NCBI GenBank assembly: GCA_051294375.1
Contig: CM119268.1
Coordinates: 4,503,162-4,567,161, forward strand
DNA from: Paraspadella gotoi
Taxonomy: Eukaryota > Animalia > Chaetognatha
Reading direction: 5' to 3'
Length of the DNA stretch: 64,000 nt
In this document: piece by piece, positions 39,989 to 53,800 of the stretch
How positions within the stretch are numbered: position 1 is the first letter of the stretch
Layout: the number at the start of each line of letters is the position of its first letter
Position numbers and translations under genes: made by a program
The notes under the pieces: model-generated
What the model was told of the DNA's origin: nothing
Seen by the model: the letters and a program-made list of their open reading frames with translations, nothing else
Database searches by the model: none

Positions 39989-42092
39989 TCTGCTCTTCCT
40001 TTTCTTATCCCCCCTTCTCAATCTTTTTTCCTCCCTCTCTCTACTCACTCCATCCTATATCTGAAACTCATTTATCAAAGTCAGAGAGAAGTTTGAACCG
40101 CGAAGGAGAATCTTAATCAAACATTAGTGATTCGATTCGCGGACTTTTTTTTTTGTTTCGTTCTATTTTCGTTGTCGTCGCTTTTATCATTTTTGGCACT
40201 GTTTTTCGAACGCGCCCCATGCCTGTTTCTAAATAATGAACTTATTTTTAACCTAAAATCTAAACCATGATCTGTTACCAAATTCAAGAGCCATTCCCTA
40301 ATCATAATCTCTTACGCTGATGCCTAGTCTAATCTCTAATCTCTAATATCCAATCTCTAAACTCTAATCTCTAATCTCTAATCTCTAATCTCTAATATCT
40401 AACCCTTTACCTCCAAACCAAATTATTAACCAATGGATTCACCAGATGTCTACCCACTCTCCTCTCATCCTTCTTCTCTTGACTCTCTCCCTCCACTTCC
40501 TTTTAACTTCCGATCACGTGACTCAATTTGATCTCTCTCACCCTCACGCCCCCACCTCCCTCTCCCCCTGTCTCCACACTCCCCCTTCCGCGCCAGATAT
40601 AATCGATTCCTCTTTATTTCTTTGTTAAAAACTTATATCTGTACATAACAACATAGATTATAATCTGAATTTAGTCGATTTTCCCCATTCTCGCGCTGAA
40701 GGCAGACAGAAAGTCTCTCAAAAAAGTGCTTTGACGTTTTGCCGATGTCTAAGCCTGCATTCGTAGTACCAAGTGCATAAAAGAAATGTAGAAAAACGTT
40801 TTTAAGTAAAACTTTTTAATTTAATTATAGCCAATTTTAGTAGAAAGAAATTTGTTTTAAAAATATGGTTTGTAAAAGCAACAGTGACGAAATAATAACA
40901 AGTAACGTTACAAGTGTCGTCTTCGTCGTCGTCGTTATCGTCATCATTGTCGTCATCCTCGTCATCGTCGTTGTCGTTATCGTCATCATTGTCGTCATCC
41001 TCGTCATCGTCGTTGTCGTTATCGTCGTGGTCATCGTCGTTCCCGAGAGACATATTGTTCTCGTTCGACCGTCCGCGTTTCCTCATTCGTTTCCCAAAGA
41101 CAAAAAAGGGAATTTGTCGATTTCAGACGGAAGCTGCCTTCCCGACCGCGAGAGGCTGCTGGTTATGTCACCCGCGAGGATAAATATCACCGGGCGAGGA
41201 TAGTTATCGCTCGAGCAGAAGGTTGAATTCTGCTTCGAGAATTTTTCTTTTTAAGTTTTTTTCTGTTTTTGTTTTACTTTTACGTTTTTTTTTTATTTTC
41301 TTTGTTCCTTTTTCTTTCTTTTTTTACTTTTTTTTTCTTTTTTCTTTTTTGTTTTTTATCTTTTCTTTGTTTCGCGCATCTTTTTCATTTTATCTTTTCC
41401 TTTTTTTTTTTATAGTTTTCCTATCTCCTTTTTTATTTTTCCTTTCTTTCTTTCCATTCTTTCTCTCTTTCTGTCTTTCTTTCTTTCTTTCTTTCTNNNN
41501 NNNNNNNNNNNNNNNNNNNNNNNNNNNNNNNNNNNNNNNNNNNNNNNNNNNNNNNNNNNNNNNNNNNNNNNNNNNNNNNNNNNNNNNNNNNNNNNNNNNN
41601 NNNNNNNNNNNNNNNNNNNNNNNNNNNNNNNNNNNNNNNNNNNNNNNNNNNNNNNNNNNNNNNNNNNNNNNNNNNNNNNNNNNNNNNNNNNNNNNNNNNN
41701 NNNNNNNNNNNNNNNNNNNNNNNNNNNNNNNNNNNNNNNNNNNNNNNNNNNNNNNNNNNNNNNNNNNNNNNNNNNNNNNNNNNNNNNNNNNNNNNNNCTC
41801 TCTCTCTCTCCTCAATTCCATTGTTTCTTCAGCGAATGTTTTTGACAAATGCAAACCGGCGCGGCGCCATAATACCATGGGGCGCGGATGGAACTTGGCG
41901 TCGAATCTCTTCTCCGACGCTGTTCTCGCGGAAAACGGCGCGCCGTTGTCTCGTCCTACTCTATAGCGGCGCCTTTTTAACTTTTTTGACGCCGGTTTAT
42001 GACGGAATTCCCCGCGTTGACGACATAAACTCTGTTCCGGAGCCGTATTAATGAGCGCTCTCTGTAGCGAACGGCGTCTTTCTCTCTCTACA

Positions 42093-42213
<121 letters not shown>

Positions 42214-42325
42214 GGTCTTCTCGACCAACTGCAGCGGATTCTCCCCTCCCCAGGCGAAATTCCCTATCTAAGTTCGAGAGAAACAGAGAGAGTAAAGAAA
42301 GAAATAAAAAGAAAGAGAGAAAGAG

Positions 42326-42387
<62 letters not shown>

Positions 42388-44408
42388 TAAAAAAATTAAG
42401 AGAGAGACAAAGAGAGACTGAGAGAAAGACGAAAGTAGAAATGGCCGAAAAAAGGAGAGAGAAAGAGCATCAGTTATTCAGGAATGAAGAACGTCTATGA
42501 ACGTAACTCTATGAAAAAAGAAAAGACATAAAAAACAAGAACCGGCAAATTCGTGAATTATGCCCTTTTGAATTTCTGGTCACGCGATTACGTTCCCAGG
42601 TAATCATGCGAATGCGCAAGTATGATACATATTGCTCATTGAAGTTCTTATGATACCATAACCTGTCTTCAAAATCTGAATTAAATTGATTAATTAAATT
42701 AAATTAAATTGATCGCAACAATGAAATCGTCTTCGGTCGAAACAATTATCGGCGAAGACTTGTACCGCATTCCAGGATAAACAATTCGTGGGATTGGAAG
42801 AGATAGCGGTTTAACCATTAAGGTGTGCCAGACCTGTCCAATGTGTCCATGTTTCTTCTTATATTGGTGACATTCTGGTTACCAAGGCAGGTTCAATTTG
42901 TTGATATTCTTTCATCGATGCATTTTCCAATGATCACGTTACAAGTGTGAAACATTTGCGTACTTGTTAGTTGTTACGCAAAAATAAACCTTCATAATCA
43001 TAATTCGATTCAATTCGATTCGATAATCATATTTCGATTGACTAATTCTCTAACTTTCCCTCGATTGTTCTTTTGTTATTTTCGCTGACACGGAAAGAAC
43101 CAAGAATTTAAGCGACTAGTAGAGCTCCCTTTGGTTTTTTAAAGAAACTATAAAAAAAAATGAAAGAGGAAATTGCGATGCGGTGCGTGTCGCGTCACGT
43201 ACCGCATCGGAATTCGACTCGTCGAACGCTCATTGGCCCCGCCACCGCGTGACTTATCTCGGTAGTCACGTGATCACTCGAAAATACACGTGATGAGAGA
43301 GTCACTGCGCCGCAACACATTAGAATCACCGTTCTTTTTAAATAATGTTTATGGCCTGACAAACGGAGTCGATTATCCGCACGACGAAAAATTATTATCT
43401 TTATTATCATTATTATTATTAATTTATTATCCTTAACCTAGCATAATATTTCTATTAAAAACTCAATATAATGATTAAAACGAAATTCATTTCCTTTTTT
43501 TAAAATTTCCCCCCTGAAATCAAAAAAGGCGATAATCAAATTGGATTTTTACGGAAAAAAAAAAGATTAAGTTTCCGCTGAGAAACGAGGAAAAATTGAC
43601 TGCGGAGACGAAAGAGTATTTGATTATTTTGATTATGATTATAATTAATAATTATTTTCGCGGACTAACAATTAAGATTAGGTTAAGATGCAAGGTATTT
43701 TTTTTTCTTCAGTGAAAGGAGATTATGATGGCGATGGTTATGATGTTGATGTTGATGATGATGATGATAATATAGATGATGTGATGATATATATGAAGAT
43801 CAAGCGGAAAATAAATACTTAATCTTGAGACAGAAACAGTGAAGAAAAAAAAAACAAAACATGGACGCAAAAGAGACGAAAACAAATAAATCTCTACCTT
43901 GTTTTGGAATCTCTTGGGAAAGCTTAAGTCTTTGCAGACCCGACTCAACGTCTGTAATCAGATTACTCGCTTTCTCTCTCCCTCTCTCTCTCTTCTCTCC
44001 TCTCTCTCTCTCTACCTCTCTCTCTCTCTCTCTCAGGAGAGGAGCGAGGCTGCCAATACAACTTGAACTGTCGTACAAATCGCCTCTCTCTCTCTCTCTC
44101 TCTACTCTCTCTCTCTCTACTCCCTCTCTCTCTCTCTCTCTACTATCTCTCCTCTCGTCTTCCTCCTCTATTTTAGGCATATTTTTGTTAGCAGATTTTT
44201 TCCTCCTTTTTAGTTTTATACCCTTTTTTTTTCTGTGGATGAAATATAAAATTCGCGCTTGCAATGGTTTTTATAGGTTATAGGTTTTTATTCATAATTT
44301 CTTTTTTTTTTTAGTGAAACCGGAATTCATATTATTTTTTGTCTTCGCTAAAGTGGGTGGAAGCTCGAGAGAGTGATAGATTGAGTGAGAGAGGCAGAGA
44401 CGGAGAAG

Positions 44409-44463
<55 letters not shown>

Positions 44464-44923
44464 AACGCGATTTCTTCTTTTTGACTCGCGCCATCTTTCA
44501 CTTTTTTATTCCTTTTTCCTTTTCTCTTTTTTCCTTTCTCCCTTTTTTTTTATGGATCCAAACCGAAATATCTTCTTTTTTTTCGCTTGGCTGACATCGG
44601 TGGGTGAATTGTTTTAGCCTCTTCTTCCAGATATTTTGTTTTTGTCTCTCTTTCCGTCTGTTTTGCTGTCTCTGTGTCTCACTCTGCAATCTGCATGTCT
44701 AATTATTTCTGTCTTTCTATCTTTCTGGGCCTAGTTCCGTACATCTGTACTTCTTGTACTCTTATCGTCTTAGTAGTTCTTTCCGTCATTTCCTTTGCTT
44801 CCATTTTTCTCTCTCAAAAAACACGCTTGTCTAAACAACCAACTGACAATTATCTCTTTTCCTAACAAATTTTTCCTCCCGTATTGTTTCCCTGCCAGAT
44901 ACGCCTGATCGGCACAAAAAAGG

Positions 44924-45026
<103 letters not shown>

Positions 45027-45079
45027 AAAGGCAGACGTTTTAACGAGAGAATGAAGAGCGTTTCCGATAACGAAGCCGA

Positions 45080-45455
45080 TCTATCGTTGTCGAGGCTTGA
45101 TTTTTTTGTCGCGGCTTGATTCGTTGTCAGAGCTTTATTCTTTGTCACAGGACGATTCGTTGTTGAAGCTTGATACATTGGGGCAGCTTGATTCATTGTC
45201 ACAGCTCTACTCTTTTTCTGGGCGATATTCGTTGTTGCGGCTAGATTCATTGTTACAGCTTGATTCCTTGAACAGCTTTATTTGTTGTAGCAGATTAATT
45301 TATTGTTGCAGCTTGATTCTTTGTTTCGGCTTGATTCGTTGTCGCGAACAGATTCGTTGTCGCGACCATATTCGTCATCACGATTACATTCGTTGTCGCG
45401 GCTCGATTCGTTGTCGCGGCTCGATTCGTTGTCGCGGCTCGATTCGTTGTCGCCA
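45080..45455. repeat. 18-nt minisatellite (gattcgttgtcgcggctc), degenerate
   Basis: Perfect copies at ~45388-45452 that decay leftwards. Confidence 0.8.
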
Positions 45456-45759
45456 GAGAAAAACAATCAGGACTTTGAGTGGAAGTGGAAGTGAGATAGG
45501 GAGGACCGATTGAGGGGAATGTGGGAAGACCGTTGGTGGCGGACGGAGGGGGAAACCGTTCGGGAGAGAGAAATGGGGCATAAGTTAATTGATTAATTGT
45601 TTTTTTTATGTATGTTTTTTTAAATGAAAAAATAAGGATCTTCGTCATCATCATCTCTATCATCGATATCATCATCATCTTCATCATCTCAATCGCCGTC
45701 CACGTCATACCTATTCTATTTGCGCTTCTGTACTCGAGAATAACGACTTTTTGACATAA

Positions 45760-46140
45760 AATCGATTGGCGCGCGGAACACGAATCACGTGAACGGTCAC
45801 GTGATCCAAACCCCAGTCGACGCGCCAACGAATTTCACGTTTTACTCCAATGGAATTCAGATTAATATCGATTACGGAATTTCAAAGGATTTTGTGAGAA
45901 TCCTGACTAACTTTATAAAGATAAAATACAAGTCGATTTAAACTTTTTGCCCTTGTTATTGATTTTGGAACTTAATGAAACCTTTCCATCCAAAACCCAA
46001 TAAAAGCTGTCAAGTCTGTCACGTGATCGGACGACGAGTGACGGGTGAACGAAGGAGATCTGTCACGTGATCGGACGACGAGTGACACGTGAACGAAGGT
46101 TGACGCGCGACGTCACCGCTTTTCAAGATGGCCGACTTCA
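45760..46140. promoter_or_regulatory. Promoter/enhancer-like motif cluster
   Basis: ATTGG (CCAAT box) at ~45765; TCACGTGA at 45785, 45797, 46019 and 46063; CACGTG at 46086; GACGTCA at 46109; YY1-like CAAGATGGCC at 46124. The patch is CpG-rich. Confidence 0.35.
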
Positions 46141-46199
46141 CCTCCAAACGGGAGAAAAAAAAACTATTTCCAGCAAATGGAAACGACGGGCGTCCAAGG

Positions 46200-47943
46200 A
46201 AGATAGGTCACTTTTATTTGAATCTTTTTTTACTCATTTTAACGCATAATACTAAATTTATCATAATTGGGATCGATAGATTGAGATTAAATTTTGTGTG
46301 GTGGGTAGGAAAGTGTGTGGATTGAGCACGATAATAAAGTTCGAATGGAATCGAGGGAGTGGAAATGAGTTTGCATGCAAAAACAAAGTCAAGTTGACTT
46401 TAATTTTTATTATTTATGCTTACTCATGAAATTAAGTGAAATGATGCAAATTAAAAAAATGATGCAAGTTTAAAAAAATTATGCTCGGACGATTCCTCGC
46501 ACAAAAATTTCATTCCATCCATCCTAATGCACGAGTAATTGGTGTTTTTTGCTAAGTGGGACGGACGGACGGATTGAATTGACTGATTAAATTAATTATG
46601 ATTAATTAATTGACTAAATTGATTAATTAACTGATTAATTATTAGAGCTTATTAATACATGCCCTGAATATACATTTAATTAAAAGGAAAAAAAATCATA
46701 ATCAATTAGTGAAAGCAGGTTTTTGTTTTTTCCATTTAACTCATTTCACTCAAAAAGATTCCAGTCGAAATTGGTTTCCTGTTCAATCACACACTTTTCT
46801 ACTGCACATACAAAATTCAGTCAATCGATAATTTAAGTGGTAATAAGCTATAATTGGTCAACTTGCATAATTTAAATCACTTGCAATAATTTGGTCAAAC
46901 TGACATAATTTGGTTAACTGACATAATTTGATCTAGCTGACATAATTGGTCAACTGACATAAATTTGGTCAACTGACATAATTTGATCAATTAAGATAAT
47001 TTGGTCAACCGGCATAATTTGGGTTAACTGGCATAATTTTTATCACTAGCCTAAATTTGGTCACAGGCATAATTTGGTCAACTTGCAAAAATTGATTAAC
47101 TTGCAGAATTTTTGATCACTGGGCATAATTTTGGTCCAATTAGCATAAATTTGGTCAATAATCAATCAATCAATCAATGCAATCATCAATCAATCAATAA
47201 CAATCAGGAGAGAGAGAGAGAAACTTTAAAAAAAATTCAATAAATGTGTCTTTTGGTTTCTAATTTGAACTCTTTTCACTCCTACGATTCCAATCAAAAA
47301 TTTTATCCAGGCTTTATCACAATACTTTCTACCCACACAAAATTCAATTTCGATTTATCTATCCAATTTTTAATAAACAATAATTATGAGTAAAATTTAA
47401 TTAAAAATACTTCAAGTACATATGACTTTTGTTTTTCAATTTTAACTCATTTCGCACTCGCACGATTCCATCGAAACTTTATATCCGGCTCAATCACACA
47501 CCTTTCTACCATCATACAAAATTTCAAGTCAATTGCACTATCCACTGCAATGAGGCAATTGGGCGTTCAAATAGTGAAATATTATTTTTTTGTTTTTTCA
47601 TTTAAACCAATTTCCACTCGCACGATTCCCTCGAAACTTCAAAATATCCATCCTCAATCACACAGTTTCCTACCACACACAAATTTAAATACAATACAAT
47701 CCATCCAATGCACGGGTAATTGGAGATTTTTTGCTAAGGTGGGAGGAGCGGACGGACGGACGTGACGGAGCGGACGGGAACGCGACGGACGGACATCATT
47801 TTTTTTTGCATAATTTATCGATAATTGCGATGTTACTGACATGATATAAGTGGTGTGCCCGACAATATTGATGGGGGCGGAGCGACGGACGGAAAAAGTG
47901 AGTTAATAGGTCGGGATCTGCTTGATAGCCAAGATCCGACATA
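46200..47943 (-). mobile_element. DINE-1/HINE-like element, copy 3 (reverse, diverged, rearranged)
   Basis: Degenerate 5' inverted repeat at ~47909-47943, (GGAC)n at ~47750-47794, and the same subrepeats in reverse at ~46490-47740. The segment ~46260-46485 is in the opposite orientation. An internal 18-19-nt array (cataatttggtcaactga) lies at ~46845-47160. Confidence 0.7.
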
Positions 47944-48504
47944 NNNNNNNNNNNNNNNNNNNNNNNNNAAAAAAGGTGGAGAGTAATTAGATTAGAGAGA
48001 CGGAAATTTGGCGGAAGGTGAAAGAGTTGCAATGAAAATAATTAAAATGTTGAATGAGATTATGAAAAAATTAAAAGGGGGAAAAAGGTTCTAGGAAAAT
48101 GAAATATGAANNNNNNNNNNAAAAAAAAAATATTATTAATACATTTTAAACATTTAAAAAACTAAAACAATTAATTCTGCAATTTTCATAAAAAAAGAAC
48201 CCTGAAAGAAAAATAGTAGTTTTATTACTTTCCCCTATCTACTTTTTATACTTTCTATAGTCCACCCTTCTCTTAACCGAGTCTATTAATAGCTCATAGG
48301 TTCACCCTCACTATTTTTCACACGTGGGGATTTACTTAAAAAACGTTTAATATTTTAATGTTTAATATTATTTTAGCAATTAATCAAATTTCATTTAAGA
48401 CTCGAAGGGCCTTCGGGCGCTCAATCGTGGATTCAAACGCTCGAGCGAAAATTGATGGAAAAGAAGCCAACGAGGATATTAATTCAAATCGATAGGAATC
48501 GAGG

Positions 48505-48795
48505 GAGCGAGTCGGGCAAGGTTGACGGGCAAACTTACTCAAAATGAACGGACAATCTGATTGAAGTCGCCCTGAACCTGACCATGAAAGGCCGAGAAAA
48601 CTGATTCAAAATGAGCGGGCAAAAATGGTGCGAAAATCTAACAAATTTGGTTTGAAATAGTCGGGCAAATAAATAAATAAATAATAAATAACAAACAAAT
48701 AAAAATAACCGTTGAGGCGGGTAAAAAAGAGTAGAATAGTCTTGATTGAAAATGGTCGGGCAAACTAATTGAAACGAGCAGGGAAACTGACTCCT
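48505..48795. repeat. Degenerate short tandem repeat (aaaatg..cgggcaaactgatt)
   Basis: Recurring cgggcaaa / aaactga motifs. Confidence 0.55.
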
Positions 48796-50124
48796 CGGTC
48801 AGTCTGGTTCGAGATGATCGCAAAAAATATCGTGAGAACATAAAGATGACTAACTTTTTTAATTCGGAGAAAATTCTTCTTTTATGGTTTTCCGTCTGTT
48901 TTTTTTTTTTTTTTGTTTTTTTTATTACTATATTGAGCGGCAAAGGGAGAAAGCAATTATATTACGCTACATATTTGTGATTATAAATTAGCATGAAAGA
49001 GAAAGTTTACCAGAGAAAATAAACGATACGATATGCATATCTTCTCCCTCTATCTTTCTTTTAACATTGTCATTTTTTAATAATTGATTCTTTTTTTAAA
49101 ATAAAATTATCAGACGATGATAAGAATGTGAAGAGATAAGAAGATGAAAACATCAACGACGACGACGACGACGACGACGACGCCCGGGAAAACGCCCTCC
49201 AGCTTATTGAAAATCATGAAATAGAAAAAAATTGCCGAAACTCAACTTTTCTTCTTGTATCTTCTTTTTCTTTCCTCCCTTCTTTACTTTCCTTTTTCTT
49301 CTTCCTCTTCTTTCTAATTTTCTTTCTTCTTTTGCGTTCTTTCTTTTCTTTTTTTCTTTTTCTTATTTTTTTCTTTATTTCTCCTTTCTTTTTCCCCCTT
49401 TTTCTTCTGCCTTTTTTTTTCCCTTTTTATCTTCTTTTTCTTTCTACCTTCCTTCTTTACTTTTCCTTTTTCTCTTCCTCTTTCCTCCTTTTCTTATCTT
49501 TTTTTCTTTTCTCCTTTTCCCCCCATTTCTTTTTCGTTTTATGTTTATTTCCTTTTTTTGTCATTTTTTTACATCCTCTTTTATTTCCTTTCCTTTTTCT
49601 TTTTCCATTTTCTTCTTTTCTCTCTCATATTCCTTCACTTTTTTTCCTTCCTATTCTCGCTTTGCTAAAAATTTCTCTTTTCTTTCCTTCCTCCCTTTCC
49701 TTTTTTATCTTTCCTCCCTTTTCCTCCTCTCGCCTCGCCAACTTTCCTTTTTTTCATGCTTTTTTTTTCGCTCGGAAACGTTATCTCGTTTTTGGATTTT
49801 ATATTTTCTTGTTTATTATTTTCTTTTTCTCGTCAAAAATGTCGATTGTTAAATTTTTTTTTTCTCTCGTTTAAACTTTGAAAAATTTCGCGAAAGGTTT
49901 TATATGTTTTTTCTTTTCGTTTTCATTTTTCGTGGCTAGTATTTTTAATTTAATATTTTTTTTTCCATTTGTTGACAATTTTATTGTTCGTGTTTTCTTT
50001 AATTTTTTTTGGCCAAAAAAAGATCAAAATATTTTCAGGGGCGTGAAAGCACTCCGCTTAACTGAAGTGTATTTAAACCTCCAAAAATATGCTTGAAGTG
50101 GTTGAAAGAATGAAACAGACGAAG

Positions 50125-50202
<78 letters not shown>

Positions 50203-50858
50203 AGAGAGAGAACGGAGACGTTTTGACTCGGATTCAATTATCTGAGAGCGAAGACACTTGTCGTCGCGAAAAGAAGTTTAGATCAACGACGCACGAATCC
50301 TTTTTTTTTTCTTTCGCCGATGCTGTGACCACATATGCTGCGAGCTCAAATTCTGTGAGCACAAATACTTCAAGCACATTGGCTGCCACATTTCCTTACA
50401 ATAACGGTACTGTGACCACAATCTTATGAATTTATTTCAAGACTATTCTATTCTAAAAAGGTTTTCCAATGACAACCCGATTCCCCGCCTAAGAATAATG
50501 GAAATTTCGTGAATTGATGTTTTATACTTTAGACGATGTTAATACTGTGACTCTATTCGGTGATTCTATTCTTCCGCATCACGCGCCTTTTTTTCTTCTT
50601 GGAACAAATTGTTTAAAAAAAGGGACGGTAAAAAAAATCATGAATCACGTGACGTCATTTCACTCAATAGTGTCACGTATATTTTCTCAATTTATTATTA
50701 CAACAACAAGTATAGTCTATCTCTGTTTCACATTCATTCTTCCCTCTGTTTAATACTCTGTCTCACTCTCATTCTTCCATCTTACACACGCAGGTTCTCT
50801 CTCTATCTTCCGTCTTTAATTCTTCATATTCTGTCCCGCTCGCTCCCTCGCTAACAGC

Positions 50859-53800
50859 CGCTTCGATCCTCGCCACAACGTTAACGATCCTCAGCCATCA
50901 AGAATTCACGCAAAAGAGAAATACAAGTGGCTGCGCCAATACATGTAAATCGCTTTCAAGGGCTTAAACTGAACTATTACTGCAGAACAAATAATATTTT
51001 GTTACTTGAAAAAATCTAATAAATCAAAACTATATTATTTTTGTTTCGATATATGATATTATATGATTAAAATGCTTTGATCAAGACATAAAATGAGAAA
51101 TAGAATAAAATAAAATAGAATAAGAAAAAAATATTTATTAAAAAATTGTTAAAAATTATTTAAAAAAAAATTAAGATAATGAAAATTAACAAAAACAATT
51201 GCTATTTTGGTGAATAGCAGGTGCAATTGAATATCTAATATTAGACAATCTTTTTACCAAGTATCATTCAAAATGATGAAGTAAAAGCCAATAAAAACTT
51301 AAATGTGATAGAACAACCCACCGAGTGACCCAAAAGTGACTTATTAAGTTGCTTTGCGAGTACTCGCGGCGCAACTAAAATTATAATAAGGAAATAAAGG
51401 AAAAAGGAAGAAATAAAAGATCTTTTATTTCTTCCATTTTCCATTTTATCCTAAATCTTTCAAAAAAATATTTTTTAACAATTTTTTCTTATTCTATTTT
51501 ATTTCAGTATAAAAGGGGATAGACCGACGTGGGTCCATTACCCCTCTCCTTCTCATTCACCTCTATTTCTCATTCTATGTCTTGATCAAAGAATTTTAAT
51601 CGTATATCATATATCTAAACAAAAATAATATTGTTTTGATTTATTAGATAAAAACTATGGCCGTCGCTGTTAAAGAAAAATTTGGGGGCGAAAATAAAAG
51701 AATTCGACGTCATTAATGATTGATGTTGACTTCGAAGAGGAAACGATGAAAATGACGACGATGACGACGACAACGACGAAGACGATAAAAATAGAAAACT
51801 GCGACGACGACGANNNNNNNNNNNNNNNNNNNNNNNNNNNNNNNNNNNNNNNNNNNNNNNNNNNNNNNNNNNNNNNNNNNNNNNNNNNNNNNNNNNNNNN
51901 NNNNNNNNNNNNNNNNNNNNNNNNNNNNNNNNNNNNNNNNNNNNNNNNNNNNNNNNNNNNNNNNNNNNNNNNNNNNNNNNNNNNNNNNNNNNNNNNNNNN
52001 NNNNNNNNNNNNNNNNNNNNNNNNNNNNNNNNNNNNNNNNNNNNNNNNNNNNNNNNNNNNNNNNNNNNNNNNNNNNNNNNNNNNNNNNNNNNNNNNNNNN
52101 NNNNNNNNNNNNNNNNNNNNNNNNNNNNNNNNNNNNNNNNNNNNNNNNNNNNNNNNNNNNNNNNNNNNNNNNNNNNNNNNNNNNNNNNNNNNNNNNNNNN
52201 NNNNNNNNNNNNNNNNNNNNNNNNNNNNNNNNNNNNNNNNNNNNNNNNNNNNNNNNNNNNNNNNNNNNNNNNNNNNNNNNNNNNNNNNNNNNNNNNNNNN
52301 NNNNNNNNNNNNNNNNNNNNNNNNNNNNNNNNNNNNNNNNNNNNNNNNNNNNNNNNNNNNNNNNNNNNNNNNNNNNNNNNNNNNNNNNNNNNNNNNNNNN
52401 NNNNNNNNNNNNNNNNNNNNNNNNNNNNNNNNNNNNNNNNNNNNNNNNNNNNNNNNNNNNNNNNNNNNNNNNNNNNNNNNNNNNNNNNNNNNNNNNNNNN
52501 NNNNNNNNNNNNNNNNNNNNNNNNNNNNNNNNNNNNNNNNNNNNNNNNNNNNNNNNNNNNNNNNNNNNNNNNNNNNNNNNNNNNNNNNNNNNNNNNNNNN
52601 NNNNNNNNNNNNNNNNNNNNNNNNNNNNNNNNNNNNNNNNNNNNNNNNNNNNNNNNNNNNNNNNNNNNNNNNNNNNNNNNNNNNNNNNNNNNNNNNNNNN
52701 NNNNNNNNNNNNNNNNNNNNNNNNNNNNNNNNNNNNNNNNNNAAATGCAGAGAAGAAAACGATGGAAAAGAGAAAACTGGAAAAAGGAGAATTTTTCGAC
52801 AATTGTGGACGTGATCCAATTTTAACATTATTACTTTTCATCACAATCATGACTGCATTACGTACAGGGGTGGGACCGTATATCGAGACAAAATTTTTAA
52901 AAAATCATTACTTTAAAACTCTTTATGATTTTAAAAATCTGAATAAATGTTTGTATAATACTCTCTCTTAGCTTTTAGACGATATATTAATCTTTTTAAA
53001 ATTCTTTAATATAATGCTTTTTTTGATGCAGCAAATAATACTTATTGTTTATATCTCATTCTAAGACATAATAATATATTACTAAAATATTGATAATGTC
53101 TTTCTAATGGCTTTTAAAGTGTTTATAGAATATCTCTTTATATCTTTTAATAGTCTTTTATTAGAATATTAATAATATCTTTTATAAGGATAATAAGAAT
53201 NNNNNNNNNNNNNNNNNNNNNNNNNNNNNNNNNNNNNNNNNNNNNNNNNNNNNNNNNNNNNNNNNNNNNNNNNNNNNNNNNNNNNNNNNNNNNNNNNNNN
53301 NNNNNNNNNNNNNNNNNNNNNNNNNNNNNNNNNNNNNNNNNNNNNNNNNNNNNNNNNNNNNNNNNNNNNNNNNNNNNNNNNNNNNNNNNNNNNNNNNNNN
53401 NNNNNNNNNNNNNNNNNNNNNNNNNNNNNNNNNNNNNNNNNNNNNNNNNNNNNNNNNNNNNNNNNNNNNNNNNNNNNNNNNNNNNNNNNNNNNNNNNNNN
53501 NNNNNNNNNNNNNNNNNNNNNNNNNNNNNNNNNNNNNNNNNNNNNNNNNNNNNNNNNNNNNNNNNNNNNNNNNNNNNNNNNNNNNNNNNNNNNNNNNNNN
53601 NNNNNNNNNNNNNNNNNNNNNNNNNNNNNNNNNNNNNNNNNNNNNNNNNNNNNNNNNNNNNNNNNNNNNNNNNNNNNNNNNNNNNNNNNNNNNNNNNNNN
53701 NNNNNNNNNNNNNNNNNNNNNNNNNNNNNNNNNNNNNNNNNNNNNNNNNNNNNNNNNNNNNNNNNNNNNNNNNNNNNNNNNNNNNNNNNNNNNNNNNNNN

